Assembly (NCBI GenBank): GCA_051294905.1 | Contig: CM119376.1 | Location: 25,112,001-25,172,000 of the forward strand | Reading direction: 5' to 3' | DNA from: Botryllus schlosseri | Lineage: Eukaryota | DNA length: 60,000 nt | Shown here: one piece after another, positions 37,364 to 51,288 of the stretch | Layout: every line of letters starts with the position of its first letter | Numbering within the stretch: position 1 is the first letter of the stretch | Notes under the pieces: generated by a model | Databases searched by the model: none | What the model saw: the letters and a program-made list of their open reading frames with translations, nothing else | What the model was told of the DNA's origin: nothing | Translations under genes and position numbers: made by a program

Positions 37364-37570
37364 TTAACTAATTTGAAAGTCACCAACTTTGTGTCCAAGA
37401 AGATAAGCGATGGCGCTGCCTAGCACCCATCCGTAAACGACAGAACTTGCGTGGCTCGTGAAATTGGCAACTTCAATCAATCCGAAGCAATAAGGGTACA
37501 GCAGTGGAGTGCATATAGTAACTGATCTAATGACCGGTGGCCAACGATGCACAACCAATCTCAGATACAT
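37364..37570 (-). CDS. PLPPR-like pseudo-phosphatase A, last exon (TM5-TM6, degenerate C3)
   Basis: TTTACAG|ATG; MYLRLVV...GLIEVANFTSHASSVVYGWVLGSAIAYLLG; stop TAA. Confidence 0.8.
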   Translation of the reverse strand: MYLRLVVHRWPPVIRSVTICTPLLYPYCFGLIEVANFTSHASSVVYGWVLGSAIAYLLGHKVGDFQIS

Positions 37571-39107
37571 CTGTAAACGGATGCATGGATAGTATTATAT
37601 ATATGAAAACTTTACAATTAACCTGGACATATCATAACCCATATTTATGAATCGTCATAACAGGAATATTGGTTACACGGCCGAAACCACGACCAAAAGG
37701 ACATTAAGCTGTTGATCCATATGCGGTACCGCATACTGTATACGTCAGTGGTTCTTAACCTTTTTTCGTCCAGCGCCCCCTTTCAAAAATTATCGTGCTC
37801 CAGCGCCCCCCTCAACTTCATATTGTAAGGAATGTAATAAAGACAATGAGTAAGAGGGAGGGCCGTAACAGCACTTCGTCAACCCCCTAAAAACGATTGC
37901 CTTGCGCACCCATAGCGTGATAAACCGAACTTCTGAGGGCTTCGCCCCCACGAACCCCATATCGTGATTTTGATAATCAGCAAAGTTTGTGTGGCCTGGT
38001 CGCCCTAGGTACCAACATTTGCTATAATGCATGGGAATTACATTTATAAGTCGCTATAAACTTTTTATCCTCTCAGCCCACGTAATCAGATTTACCAGTA
38101 GCACTGAGTGAGCTGTTGTATAGGAAAATAAGGGGCACGTAATTAATAATTAAACATATTCGGGCGTTCCCGCAGGTACAATTATTCGTTACCAGGGCCG
38201 TAACAGCACTTCGTCAGTCCCCTCCCCAAACATAAAACGTTGGTCCTGGGCCCCCATCGGGTGATAAACCAAACTTCCGGGGGACTTCGCTCCCAGACCC
38301 CCATTAGACTGTCCGATATTTGCTGATAGCCTATTAGGTATCTACATTGGGTGTTCATTTACTGAGGGAGCTATTCTCGCCTAGTCGCGCGAAGTGCGAA
38401 AAATTTCACTAATTAATGATTGAACTGGTCAATATCATCGGGAATTGCATGTAAATTGAGATCAATTTTTATCCTCTCTCTGCTCACGTAAACACATTTA
38501 CCGGTAGAGCTGAATTAGGTGCAATGTTCCCTCTAAGCTGCGCACGTGCGCAGTGCTGACACGGTCTCTGCGCACAGAAAATCTACGTTGCGCACAACAA
38601 ATCCGGAGTTATCACCTTTTTTTAGTCGTTACGCACTGTTGTCCAAGGGTCAGCGCAGTGAGTTGTTGAGTGTGCGCAGACTCATAAAAACTTGAAGCGA
38701 ACATTGTGAGGTTTCTTGGAAACTGTAGGGCCCGTTACCAATAATTAAACATATTCGGGCAGGCGAACCCGTTGGTATGACCTCGTTGCATGTTGATATT
38801 TCGTGACCCCCTGTCTGCAATATCAAAAAATATAGAATCGGTCAACGGGGATATCGCCCAACAGGAATATCCCTGTCGCCCAATCGTACTAAACTAAAAG
38901 ACGCACACGATTTCAGACTGGTATTTTTTCACTGACATATAATTTTTCCCTGCCAGATGGAATTCGTCTTCAGGGGTTCAGATTTCCAAGACAGGAACAT
39001 TCGGTGTCAGTCATTTAGGCGCCCATGGACAATTAAACCTATATGTATTTTGAAGGCTATATGTAACGAAGTTTTCGGTGTTAATTTGCTCTGAATACTC
39101 ATTAAGG

Positions 39108-40698
39108 TAGAGCCCGACCGATTATCGGCTCGCCGATAATATCGAGTCGATATCACGCTTGGAGAGAAATATCGGTATCGGCCATTGAAGGTAAAAAAAT
39201 ATCGGCCATTTTCGTGACGTCACAATGGTGGCAGGGAGTCAGAGAAGTCGATAGAAGACGTGAGGACGGTAAATTATAAAAATAAATGGCCAAGCTGCAT
39301 ATAGTGCATACTGCATACAGGGCAGTAGGCGTGCCTATCTGAAAAATATTATAGATGACTAACCACCGTTATGCCCCACTGACTTCGGGGGAATCCCCCT
39401 GCAGTAATCGATCACCAACGACAGAGAGCAGCTGGATGGATAGTTGTCTGCAGAAGATTTCAATCAGTAAGAGAAATGAGAACTTCAATCATGCTGGACT
39501 GACCCTCGTAATGACAGAGAAAAGCGTCGCGTCGAAACATATCTCGGTTCGGTACCAACAGAGCTAATTATTCCAGTGAGTAATGTATGAAGTCGTCTGA
39601 CTGAGGCCTGCGGGGCCACCATGATAGGAAATATGCAAGCATGAGAGCAAGAAAATCAAGCAAACGTGGAGTAAAGCCAATAATTGATACCAAAATTTTT
39701 GATGCCATGATGACATTGGCCAATTCTGACACAAGAGCGTAAAATGTTGATTGTTGAAATGCTGGTCATGGTCAAGGCCCAAGGGGCCGGATGGAGCAGT
39801 TGCAGACTTGGACAATTTGAGTTGTTTTGCACATTCTCTTCAGCTATTTGTTAATGATTTGCTGAAGGCTCCAGGTGCATTGCCAGAAGAATATCAATAT
39901 TAATATCAATATATGGTGAAACCATTGAAGGAAAGATCCCCTGCATGGGGGCGGTGGAACCGTAAGGAAGAAAGATATCCAATTCTTGCTGTGCCACTAA
40001 CTATGGTACCAAGTGAAAGACTGCTCCATGTGTTTAGTACTATATACATCATCTATGGAAGACCACAGAAGTTCACTCCGAGAAATTGTGCTTCGTGAAC
40101 TGTAATCTGCAATTGCTGGATTGGTGCTTTTGATATATTTTTATAGTTCCTGGATCATTTATTTCATGTTCAAGCATATCAATGACTGTAAAGTTGTTGA
40201 AAGAGTAGGACAGAGTAGGACAGAGTAGGACGTAGTTTATTTTTTGTCCTTGATGTTTTTGCGGCATATACACCGACTCATGATAGACATACACACGATC
40301 TGCGCATATGCATACCATGAGTGCATGATGTGCATATGCCGCTGGACAAGGAAGTGCAGATATAGCCTTTACGACTTTCTAAGTCATGCACCACCCCTCC
40401 ATGCTATCCCAGTAATGCATGAGCGCCAAGCAGGGAAGTCATGGATACCAGTGTTACTAATCAGGTCTTTGGTCTGACCCGGCCGGGAATCGAACCCACG
40501 ACCTACCGATCAAGAAGCCGGACGCTTAACCATTACGCTATCTTGATCGGTGGAAATACTCTGATGTGTTAAATATGGACCTTGAGGTAGATTCCATATC
40601 TTTTGAATATCGGCTGAATATATCGGTGTTATCGGTGGAGGTACTGGATATCGGTCTTATCGGTATCGGCTCAGAAATCCAATATCGGTCGGGCTCTA
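39108..40698. mobile_element. Nested TIR element with ATCGG subterminal repeats
   Basis: TIRs TAGAGCCCGACCGAT/ATCGGTCGGGCTCTA; both flanks share TTAAGG. Confidence 0.8.
40385..40550 (-). mobile_element. tRNA-derived SINE, family 1
   Basis: Reverse-complement copy of 261-428 with TAGCGTAATGGT and GGTTCGATTCC boxes. Confidence 0.8.
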
Positions 40699-41147
40699 TT
40701 AAGGATATGCCCTATCACCACATCATCTACTGCGAAGCCATTTTTCTCCAGCGCCCCCCCTTACCGCCCCCTGAGCCCATCGCCCCCTTAGCGCTTGCGC
40801 CCCCCTTCAACATCGCCAGCGCCCCCTGGGGGCGCTGGGGGCAAGGTTAAGAACCACTGGTATACGTAGTGGAAATGACGTAGAAGTTATCGAACTACGA
40901 GGGAAGCGATAACTACATTTGTTTGTGCCACGCATACGGGCGGGTGATGCTTTTCATTCGGAAAGTATCGTTTAGAATTATAGGAAACATTGCATTAGAC
41001 GACGCGATTTCTCAGACGACCTACGGGTATCATCGCGATTCGTTGAATACAGAATTGTATAGAATTCACATGATTTCCATTGTGAGGAGTTCTCCGTATA
41101 TTATTCAATTGCATATGATACTGAAGTTCTGTAATTCGAAGAGTCTC

Positions 41148-41310
41148 ATTGCCATATAAACCAAGTTGGGCGAATAGCGCGATCATCGTAACTTTAGGGA
41201 AAGGAAATATGCAGTACCCAGTGTAAGTTATACTAATTGCCATACAAACCAAGTTGTGCGATTAGCGCGATCACCGTAACTTAAAGGAAAGGAAATATGC
41301 AGTACCCAGT
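41148..41310. repeat. Short direct duplication (about 88-bp period, 2 copies)
   Basis: AAACCAAGTTG...GAAAGGAAATATGCAGTACCCAGT occurs twice, next to the splice donor at 41327. Confidence 0.8.
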
Positions 41311-41327
41311 TTAGGCTGTATACTCAC

Positions 41328-41602
41328 AGTCAAATATGCAGCACAGAAGCTTGCTATGCTGACCAAATAGGACGGACACTGCAATCTTGCCGCTATCAAT
41401 TCCTTCACCCCTACTAAAGGAGTGCAATCGTCGCTGAAGTATCTCGTATCTCTGCTCTGGAAACCCGAGCCTTTCGTTGAGTAAAAGGTGTTTTTGAGTT
41501 CTGCGTCGCACACTGACAGGAAATGGGGGGAGAGACTTGGGATGTTTTTCTGCAAGATGTCGCATACGGCTGACGTCGCCAGTGCTCCGTAGAAGTATAT
41601 TC
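41328..41602 (-). CDS. PLPPR-like pseudo-phosphatase A, exon (TM3, C1, C2, TM4)
   Basis: GATCAG|GA...ACT|GTGAGT; GIYFYGALATSAVCDILQKNIPSLSPHFLSVC...ARLQCPSYLVSIASFCAAYLT; phase 1 to 0. Confidence 0.85.
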
Positions 41603-41655
41603 CTGATCAATATCATATTTTATCGCCGAAATTGTTGCAATTTCGTTGTACTTAC

Positions 41656-41782
41656 CTATAAATCGAACTAGTCTTCTTAGGGAATCACTGATAATGCAAC
41701 CAGACGAGCCAAACAATGCTGAACCACAGGAGCCGTTGCAACAAAGTTTTGTAGACATCAAAACGACTTCAATGATAATGAT
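41656..41782 (-). CDS. PLPPR-like pseudo-phosphatase A, exon
   Basis: GTGCAG|ATC...ATA G|GTAAGT; IIIIEVVLM...SLRRLVRFI(G) matches the LRRxxRFxG motif of the PAP2/PLPPR family. Confidence 0.85.
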
Positions 41783-43546
41783 CTGCACAAATATGTAGGA
41801 GTGTGACCCTTTCCTGTTATGCGGTCAGGGAGATGTAGGACGGGTGGATCAGAAAATGCACGCAAAAAATAAACTCAAAGCGCACAAGCTTTCACTGAAA
41901 AACAGCTGAGCTTTCGGTCATCGAACACTTTAGTATCAGGCGTTACAAGTCCGGAACATATCCAAGAATCTCTCGCTTGAAAATTGTTGATCAGACTGTC
42001 AGATCTGTCCCCACCCAGTAGGTCCAAGGACATATGACCGGGGCCGATTAAACATACAGTCAAATATTCAAATGTTCCAAATTTTCTTTCTCTCTATTAT
42101 AATCTATAGGCAACAGGTGGTCAAAAAGGAATGTTTGCAAGCAACCGTCAAGATAATAACCCAAACCTTGGCATAAAATGACATTGCAATTCAAAGTTAC
42201 ATCGTTTTAAAATACATACATAACTTCCGTATATGAACCGAAGAACTCATTCGTGGGCGGAAAGGGACACAGCGGCATGGAAGTGATGCAATTTAAAACT
42301 TTCTTAGTCAGAATGCTACCATGGCATTGTATTGAAGCCAAACATGTACCTAACATTAAACCATACGGATATGATAAGGAATCAATACCACTTGGAACGA
42401 AAATAGAATGCAAATATCGATTGTGTTCATTTAGCCTACTTTTAATATTGTTAGGAAGAGCATGTTGTTCAAGAAAGGAATGACTGCTTTTCTACTTCTT
42501 GTTGATTATAAATCTTAGAAAATATGTCCCCAGGAGCACATCTCCCCAATGATTAGTTTGACTGTAGATGGTTTGGTTTTTCTATATTATTAATATCACA
42601 GGGAATTACGCAGAATCAGGAAAGTGTCGTACTGTATGTATACCATCGCTTTTTAGAAACGGGAGACGCGATGTCGCTCGCACAGTCTATACATATCCTC
42701 TCCCGAAAGGATGCTGGCGTGACATCAAACATCTGTCTCATTTCAAAACACATCACAGAAGCCACAAAACAAACTGCTGTTATATCAACGCTATTGTTAT
42801 ATCAGTGATGTCCTGGGGGATTGTAACTGACTGACGGAGCCACGCTCCAGCCGGTGTAGGGTTAGAGGTGTCGTGACGGAATTTGGAAGTCATAAATATG
42901 AACCGTAAACGCATGCTTTCGGCTTGCGGACGACATCCATACCTTTACGTAATTTGACTCCAACGCGGCTACGTATTGTTACAGTGGACCGTTAGTCACT
43001 GAGACGACTCTGATGCAATTCAATATTACACTGTTCATTTATCCGGCATTGTGACCTCATTGGCAAACTTTATTTTGTCACATTCCGCAGATGCGGCATC
43101 CCTGAGGTCAAGGCTTGTTTGTCAAGCCATCTGTTGACATGGCTATCCACCTATCCCGAGTGACTGTTTGAGACATATGCCTAAACAGCCGGAAGTGAAA
43201 GATTATGATGGAAAATATACAAAGGGTCCTACCGTACAGTCATTTGCAAGTATTTGATATCCGATAATGCATACGCGAAAAGAAGCTTGCTATGACGCGG
43301 TATACTAATTTTCAAACAATTTTTGTAAGATGTAGGTGATGTTTCATACGGATCTCTGCACCTATAAGTCGTTACGTTCACATCTGAACGCAGGTACCTA
43401 CGGCCAACGACGTCAACTCAGATAATAATGTGCAGTGTGCAGTGTACTATAATTTTTAAATATTATATATCTTTATAACAAATCTGGAATGCTTGGATCG
43501 CGTTTGGATCATGAATGATCAAATATGATTTGTCACTGCTACTCAC

Positions 43547-43732
43547 CAATATGAATGGGGTGAAGTTTGCGATCATAAAAATAGAATCACTGCTGGTTGC
43601 TACGTGTGCATTCCTCAAGTATGGTTTTGCGATCGTCACGTCATCTGGTAGGTAGCTGACTGGGTTCGTTTTGAACACGGAGGTAGAGTGAAGGATGTAC
43701 GCGAATACGGTGGCACACACGAACAAAGGAAT
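43547..43732 (-). CDS. PLPPR-like pseudo-phosphatase A, exon (TM1-loop-TM2); upstream start exon not identified
   Basis: TTTACAG|ATT...TTG|GTGAGT; IPLFVCATVFAYILH...PDDVTIAKPY...; 186 bp, phase 0 to 0. Confidence 0.8.
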
Positions 43733-44830
43733 CTGTAAACGCAAATTACATCGAAATAGTGATTAGTTGCAGCTGCACTTGCAGAAAGCATTGCTTCCGA
43801 CATATAGTTCCCCAAAGACAAGGTTGCGAATCTTGTGATTACAAATGCAATTTGCGAGCGTTGCGTCGACAAATATGTGTACGCGAAATCAACGCATCAG
43901 AAAATCAATATGGATTGTCACTTTGATTTACCAGTAAAATTACCAAACACCCGTTCGATAGGCCTGCATGGTTAGTGGCTGGTTGTGGTTAGTGGCTGGA
44001 TGTGATCACTGATCGTGGTCCTCCGTTCAACAGCCCAAAAGCTTTCTGATCCTGGAAGTGTGGCGCTCGCGTGTATATGTACTGTACAATTTGTACATAA
44101 TTCAAAAATCAAAATGATATATATATATCATTAACGTGTAGTGATTCTGATTCCAATGCAATAATTTCATCTTATATGGACGTTTATTTCCATTTCCATC
44201 ACTGACTTCCGACGGAAAAATGTGGACATGGTTGAATTGGTTTAGTTAGAATATTCAACACGAACATGAATCTTGGCTATAGGCTTCAGTTGTAGACTAA
44301 CGGGTGACCGGACAGTGTTTCCAAGTAGCTTCCCGATAAAAAACGTTGTTTTATCCGATTAATCCGCGGTAACGTGTCTTGGACGGGACACGAATTTATC
44401 ACCATCTCAGCCGAACATCACCCGACTCAAGCCATTTCAAATGATAATTGATGTCCATATCCAACATCTTGGGCGGATCGAGCATCCTTATTATAATAAT
44501 TTGTCAGAACCGCAGTGCAGTCGCATGCAGTAAACTTACCTCAAGAAAAAGCTATGTCGGAACCTTGCCATTTATGCCCGCTGTTCGACGCGCCTGTTTC
44601 GACTTGGTAGTCCCAACTATAAGGCTGATGGTCAATATCTATAGCGGCTGGCCGATTCGTTTCCGAGTCAAATGTTAACTAGCCTATATATGCATATTTT
44701 ATAATAATATATGCGTCTTATTTATTTTCACGGGAAAAAGTTGGCATAGATGCATATTATCTAAAGTAATTTCCTATATCTGGACCATTAATATTCGTGG
44801 CCTATTATGCAGCATGCTTTCGGTGCTGAT

Positions 44831-45473
44831 CAGAGTTGTACGAACTACTGGATTTTGAAATGTGCGATTAGAACTAGAACGATTCACTTTTCGAAATCCG
44901 TCACTAAAACTAGAACTAGAACTGATCACCATGGCAAGTTTCTGTTGCAGTCAAATCCGTGGAAAGTTGCATTTACTTTTCACAAAAGTAGCACTAAGAA
45001 GTTGCATTTATGGACAAGTTTCTTGAAATTATTAGGGTATGAGATACTCGAATCGATCCATATGCAAGGCACTGTAGCAAAACTCAGTGTTGGCGACTTC
45101 AAAAAAATCCATAGCCTGAAAAAATTGATGAAAAGATGAAAATCGAAAAAAGTTGCCAAAAGTGGCATGAAACCGAAAAAACTTGCAAAAACTTGCAAAA
45201 TGTTTCAATGTAAGATTCCACCATACTGCTTAAAACACCGTACTACATAACTTCCGAGAATTTAGGAAGCTGCCGGAAGGTGTAAAAGAAAGTTGCAAAA
45301 GTTGCAAAAAGTCGCCCCACTAATCACTCTTCAAAATCCGCAACCACAACTAATATCAGAACTACCCTATTTTCAAAATCCGAAACTAAAACTGGAATTA
45401 TATGGAACTACTGAAACAACCGCTAGTTAGTTTATCGTCAACTAACAAAATTGGTAGTTAGTATACAAGTCTG
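44831..45473. mobile_element. hAT-type MITE between the two PLPPR-like genes
   Basis: Termini CAGAGTTGTA/TACAAGTCTG; TSD GTGCTGAT/GTGCTGAC. Confidence 0.75.
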
Positions 45474-46937
45474 GTGCTGACATGCGACGAAGCGAGGTTC
45501 CGAGACTTCAGCGGTAGTAATAAAGTTTTCAAACGATATTTTTCGTTAGTAAAATATTGCTCCTTGTGTGAAGGTATGTATTTTCGTTACGCAAACAAAT
45601 TTACTGTCGCTATTTGACTCGAATTATTTCAATAGATAGTCGACTCGGAATGGGGTACTAGAATCGTTGAGTCTTGCCCTAATCTCAACCCGAGGAAGTG
45701 AGTAAGCGCGAAATTCAGTACCGGATTGGAAGATTAATAATTTATTAGTTTTTTACTTTCGCTTATCTCTGGAGTATCGTAGTTGACAGCTCATGGTGTT
45801 AAAATATCCACTCAGGATTATATGAAAATCACCTACCGGCCAAAGAGCAGGCAGGAAATTTTCGAATAACGTATACTTTATGAAAGTATGCATTTATACT
45901 AATGTATTTTATCGAGCCCGACAAACGTTGTGCAATGCGTTACTTAACGTGGAAACCGAAATGCAGATCATGGGGAAATAAAATGAGTAATTAATAGCTA
46001 TGAAACTGTAACTAATTCGTGTGGGTACATTGCACAATTTACCAATGTAGTATCAGCACATATATCGTTCACGTTACCAACAGTAAATTGAGGCGAAGAA
46101 GCAAAAACAAGAAAAATCATACATACTTTATTGACCTGTGTAATGGAAAAGAGTACAATAATAGTGGTGTGCAATGCTGTGGAATACAACCCCGCCTAAA
46201 GCGCTCGCATTTGAATAACTGTCGTTTTTGACAAATTCTTCTGCATTCAACTGAAATTGATGAGCTTATTAATCTCTGTTTACCTCCACGTAATAGAAGC
46301 AAGTCAACAACCGCGAGCTTTCTTGGTGCAACGTTGAATCCGACATATTCCCATCATCAGCTACAGGGCTGCACAGACTCTGCGAATAGTCCACGCAAGC
46401 GGAGACAGCATAGCTCGTCGAATTTCTCAGAGTTTATGTAAGAAGCGCTACAATCATACACAAGTCGATCGCCCAACTTTACTGCCTTGAAAATCGTTAC
46501 GGCCCAAATAAAAAGGACTATACAATCGAACTGATGCGACGACTAATTTCCCAAGGGATACCGAATCTACAACAGGGCTTCCTCGAAAATTTCTTTCCTT
46601 GAAATCGTAACCTCCAAGAACTTGAGTTGGACACGGTATAGCGCGAACGGAGTATTACCGTGGACATAGCTTTTAGATTGTGGCAGTAAATTAATCTATG
46701 CTTGTACTTTTTCTGTTAGACTAATTTATGTAGGCGACGTATGAGTTTACTGAAGAAAGTCAATCAATTATTGATGCCAAACTCAGCTGACTCACTGCAT
46801 GTAGTACTAGATGCAGTACTAGATGATTCTACTATGCGGACTGATATGAATTGATTTACAGGTAGAACCATAGAGCTCATTTTTATACATTGCAGTCTGG
46901 CTTCACTGTGCTTACGTCAAGTCAGCCGCTGTTGAAA

Positions 46938-46970
46938 ATGAGGATCAATGCATGTTTTGTGCTGTGGAAA
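46938..46970 (+). CDS. PLPPR-like pseudo-phosphatase B, probable first coding exon
   Basis: ATG AGG ATC...TGG AAA|GTGAGT gives MRINACFVLWK; phase 0, compatible with the next exon. Confidence 0.5.
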
Positions 46971-47812
46971 GTGAGTGGCAATTACGGCATAGTAGTATTA
47001 ACTGTTGTGATACATATCAGTAATAAATAGATCCGCTGCATCTACAGCTGAGTTTGTTGTTGGAAGTTATCTATAAGCCCCTAGTCGTCATCTATAAGCC
47101 CCTAGTCGTCATCTGATCCGCATAAACGGTGTCTTTGAGCAAAAGTGGGCCGTATAGTGACTCGGCAGCTCGGGAATCATCGCCCTGGTGTAAAGGGACC
47201 GTAGATATCTAAGCGCAGCGAATACTGAACCAACTACAACAACAACAGCTCAGTACGTGGAGTAAATCTATTGCACAAAAGTACAGTTGAGAGCTAGAGA
47301 TACGCATCTCTCTGGAGCAGCCGCAGTGAAGTGGATTTTGGAAAACCTATAGCTCCTACTCCGATAATTTTAACTTGGCTAGTATAATGGTAAGAATCGG
47401 CAAAGATTTTTGCTAGACATCTCCCTCGAGATAAGCGCAAAATTCTATTATAATTTACGGCGCCGTCGGATTTAAAGAACGCTGAAAGGTATTCGCATTA
47501 TATTCCTGAAATAAGAAGCGTGTTATGCGATTATAAGAGATGGGTTGTCAATTCGGTGAGATATGGAGTAGTAATGGCGCTTAACATCTGCCGGGGATGC
47601 TTATGTTAAACGAGTTATGCCTTTGTCGTTTTGCCGCTCACGCTCATATACGATTTCCAAATTATCCCTGTTATTTATCATATTTTCAATTTCCACTATG
47701 CACTTTCAGGCTTTACATGTAAACTAAGCTGAACCCATGTTAGCCGGCCGAGTCTCGATGTAACGATTTTAGCGTTATTGCTGTATTATGATTGTGTTAT
47801 ATCTGTGTTCAG

Positions 47813-48001
47813 GTCATAGACTTCGTCGTGCTGATTGGTCTCATTTTGCTATGCTCGACATTCAAATGGGATCAACCTAAGTACGATATCTACGTCAGTT
47901 GCGATGACGAACGGTACAGAAATCCATTGATACCCACCAGCGACCATCTAGTTCCTACGTTATGGCTTTATATGGGTGTGCTTCTTATATTACCGGGATT
48001 G
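47813..48001 (+). CDS. PLPPR-like pseudo-phosphatase B, exon (TM1-loop-TM2)
   Basis: GTTCAG|GTC...TTG|GTGAGA; VIDFVVLIGLILL...VSCDDERYRNP...; 189 bp, phase 0 to 0. Confidence 0.85.
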
Positions 48002-48375
48002 GTGAGATTGTATTCATATATGCAACACTTAGGTATATTATTAGGATTTGCATTTTGGAATAGGCCTACGGTCAGTATACAATTTATAGACTCAGTAGCT
48101 AGATGCAACAAGCTGAAATTACCTGATGTTAAATAATATTCTAAAGCTGCTAAAAAGCAATCGAAGAAATCGGGGCTCAAAATTTAAAGCAGGCTGGATT
48201 TGTGATATCGGCTACTACACAAAAATAAGAGACGGTGTCCGGTCGACGAAACAGAATGTAATATAGAGAATGTTTGAGTAAATAGCGCCGTCGGCCATGG
48301 CCAATTGGCCATGCTTCATCCCGCGTGGAGTCTATATATACACGGCTTTGTGTGACCTTATTTCTATTTTCGCAG

Positions 48376-48472
48376 TTTTTTGGACTCGAAGCAATTCTGA
48401 TGTTTGGCTTACCAGCAGATGGTATTTCGGAGGATCGTTTGAAGAAGCTGGTGGAATTTTTCGATACGATCG
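48376..48472 (+). CDS. PLPPR-like pseudo-phosphatase B, exon
   Basis: TTTTCGCAG|TTT...ATC G|GTGATT; FFGLEAILMFG...RLKKLVEFFDTI; phase 0 to 1 (donor inferred). Confidence 0.7.
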
Positions 48473-49156
48473 GTGATTTTATGAATATACATTCATTTGC
48501 AGGCTGTGATTGTTAATACATGTATGTATTTAGTATATCTACCAGATTGTCACGGGGAATCTCGGGTACCTAATTTTGCTTTCATAGCCCTTCCACTGGG
48601 CATCAACGAGTATAATACACCAATCCTTATAGAGATATATCGGGGACGTAGTGAGTTTTATTTCCTCGTGCCACCTTTCTGCGCGTTCTTGGGGTGGTAA
48701 TGAAGACATAATCCACCCCACCCCAGGGATTTCGTGAGAATGGGTGTAATTACCTCGTTTTCAATCAATTTTGTACCTGACAAAACTACATCAAAAGCTA
48801 GTCATTGTTATATGGACTTTTATCCCACTGTCATGCGGATCGTCACACATCTAACGTCAACTAATTTTGTTATGCTCATTGCTCATAGATCTCAATTGAA
48901 TGTGAACGACAGATCTATTTTTGTCTACTGCCACAAATAGATATTGTTGCGAAGACGTATTTTGTCACTGTGGGCGTAGTGAAGGAGTATACGATGAATC
49001 TTCTCTCTCTAAACCCGGTATAAATGAGACAGTGACGGGATAAACGTATCCTGAAGTTTCTAACATCCAGTTGTTTCCTTCCATGACGATCATCACCTTA
49101 ATAACTCATCTCTTTATGAACTATTGTATTTATATGCTTTTGTATCTCTTGTCTAG

Positions 49157-49358
49157 CACTCTACTACTTCGGCGCTCTTTTCGTGCTTATTGTCAACAAA
49201 ATATCCGCATTTGTCGGAGGAAGCCCAGCCCCAAATTTTCTGGCGCTGTGTCTGCCTGGTTGCAGTAACTCGTCGGCGGCGTATATAGATAGAAACACAC
49301 GTCGTAGCTACGTGACCCAAATGTCATGTCCTCGACAGGGATTTTCACAGGAAACTTT
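49157..49358 (+). CDS. PLPPR-like pseudo-phosphatase B, exon (TM3, C1)
   Basis: TTGTCTAG|CA...TT|GTAAGT; ALYYFGALFVLIVNKISAFVGGSPAPNFLALCLP...; phase 1 to 2. Confidence 0.85.
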
Positions 49359-49673
49359 GTAAGTGGGTTTATATTATAAGCATAAGTATATAGGATTATC
49401 CCCACCCGTCGTTGGCAACGACACTGATATAGTTGGTTGATTGAATGCTATTATCGCGGCTGTATGAAAATCCGATACGGATCAGGCCACACGAGGCCAT
49501 AGTTCAAATACGGGTAACAAACGGCCCGCGGGCCGGGTCTGGCTCGCGAAGTCATTTTGAGCGACCCGCAAAGAGTTTCTACCCTGAAAGTAAAATTTGA
49601 ATCTGAAAGTATTGACAGATTTTATGCGTCACAGAATGAATCAAGTTTGCCAACCTGAAAAGATGGTCATGAA

Positions 49674-50106
49674 TAGGGTTGCATTTAAAATAAATGGTTG
49701 TTTAAAACAGTTCGTTTAAAACATGTTTTAAACAGTGTCTGAACAAAGACCATTAAAAAAATTGTGTTTTTTAAGTCGTAAAATTATGCCATAATTGTGA
49801 AACTTTCCAAAAACATGTTGTATGAGCCTACGGACAATTGGCCGCCCGATTTAGCCGACGTATATCGATAAGGGATAGTTGGAATTGAAACCCTCAAAGT
49901 CGGTTCAACAGTTATAGAACAGATATTTCGTAAAGGAGATATATTTATCCTATATTTCAATTGTCAATGTCAATCCACTATGACGCCACAATTGAATATT
50001 CGTGACGCCATGGCTTTAAAATAAACAATAAAAAACATGTTTTAAACAAGGTCCCTATTTTAAACATTATTATTTTAAATTGATTTTTGTTTTAAATGCA
50101 ACCCTA
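49674..50106. mobile_element. hAT-type MITE
   Basis: TIRs TAGGGTTGCATTTAAA/TTTAAATGCAACCCTA; perfect TSD GTCATGAA. Confidence 0.92.
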
Positions 50107-50238
50107 GTCATGAAACTACTTGCTCTGTTCGGGTCTACATGCATTTTCGACCATGAACGTTAACGAGGCAAGGCGGCGTTTCAATATAACTGATGTTCAC
50201 ACGTGCACGTGCAGTCGTTACAACGGGTTTCTACATAC

Positions 50239-50833
50239 CAGGGTTGTAATGACTCGACTCATGATTTGACTCGAGTCAGACTCGAGTCGCAATAGTCTGG
50301 TGAGTCGACTTAACTGGAGTCATTTTCTTAAAAATGAAAAATGACTCGACTCGAGTCAATTTGCGCATTGACTCGACTTGTATTCGAGTCATTGCGCATG
50401 ACTCGGATCAAGTCATATGACTCGAGGCTAGGTTCATACCAAGACTGGCATTTATTTGTAATTTCGGAGAATAGTAAAGTATCGCACTATTATTATTTCA
50501 GTATCAGTACTGGTACTTGAAAATGCTATCAGAAACTGTTAATGGTGAGGAAAATTAGAATATTTTCAATGCGTAGCATTCGATATCACCGAGCAGATTG
50601 CAAAAAGTGGGTTTCACATGACATTAACTCGGAACTGAACAGTCAACATAATGACTTGGACCTGAACTCGAGTCAAAACACTATGACTCAGACTCGACCC
50701 TCTAATCCGTGACTTGGACTCGGACTTGACTCGGTAGTGTATTGAAAATGACTCGACTTGACTTGACTTGACCATAAAAGAGAGATTGACTTGTGATTGT
50801 GATTCGGAACCTTTTGACTTGGTTACTACCCTG
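50239..50833. mobile_element. hAT-type MITE with GACTC arrays
   Basis: Termini CAGGGTTGTAA/TTACTACCCTG; perfect TSD CTACATAC. Confidence 0.9.
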
Positions 50834-51288
50834 CTACATACGACATGCAGCCAGAGTTCAAAGAACTCATTGACAACTTGACAACACAGATATCTGATTG
50901 ACTTCAATTGCAATTGTTGATAAGTTAATTAAATACTGTTTTTAGTCTCTATTTAAACTTGAAGTTTACATTAAACACGATTTATTCGTTGTATAGTGGA
51001 TAAATACGCGATTAAGCTATATATTCTGTAATCCGGCCGGCCAAGTACTTCATTTTCCCATATCCGGTCCGCCGACTGGAGAATTTGCCTGCCCCTGCGC
51101 CCATAGTTGGTACGCAATCGCCATTTCTGTGTAGCAGTACTCACAGTGTTGGCATTCTCAGTGAATGTAGTTGACCAGTTGTTCCTGAAGCGTGTCATTT
51201 CACCCTTCGGGCATGACGCATCAGCTGTGGCCTTATAGCATTGGGGTGTCAATAAAATTATAGATTTCTCTTTCCGTTTATGTTGCAG

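Larger units (their letters stand above)
37746..40859. mobile_element. Composite hAT-type element in the last intron of PLPPR-like A
   Basis: TIRs CAGTGGTTCTTAACC/GGTTAAGAACCACTG; perfect TSD GTATACGT; GCGCCCCC subterminal repeats; contains further nested elements. Confidence 0.9.

Noticed and set aside
44540..44571. Candidate first coding exon of PLPPR-like A (MARFRHSFFL, strong GTAAGT donor)
   Set aside because: It ends in phase 2 while the next confident exon starts in phase 0; it may be a UTR exon or need an unidentified intervening exon.
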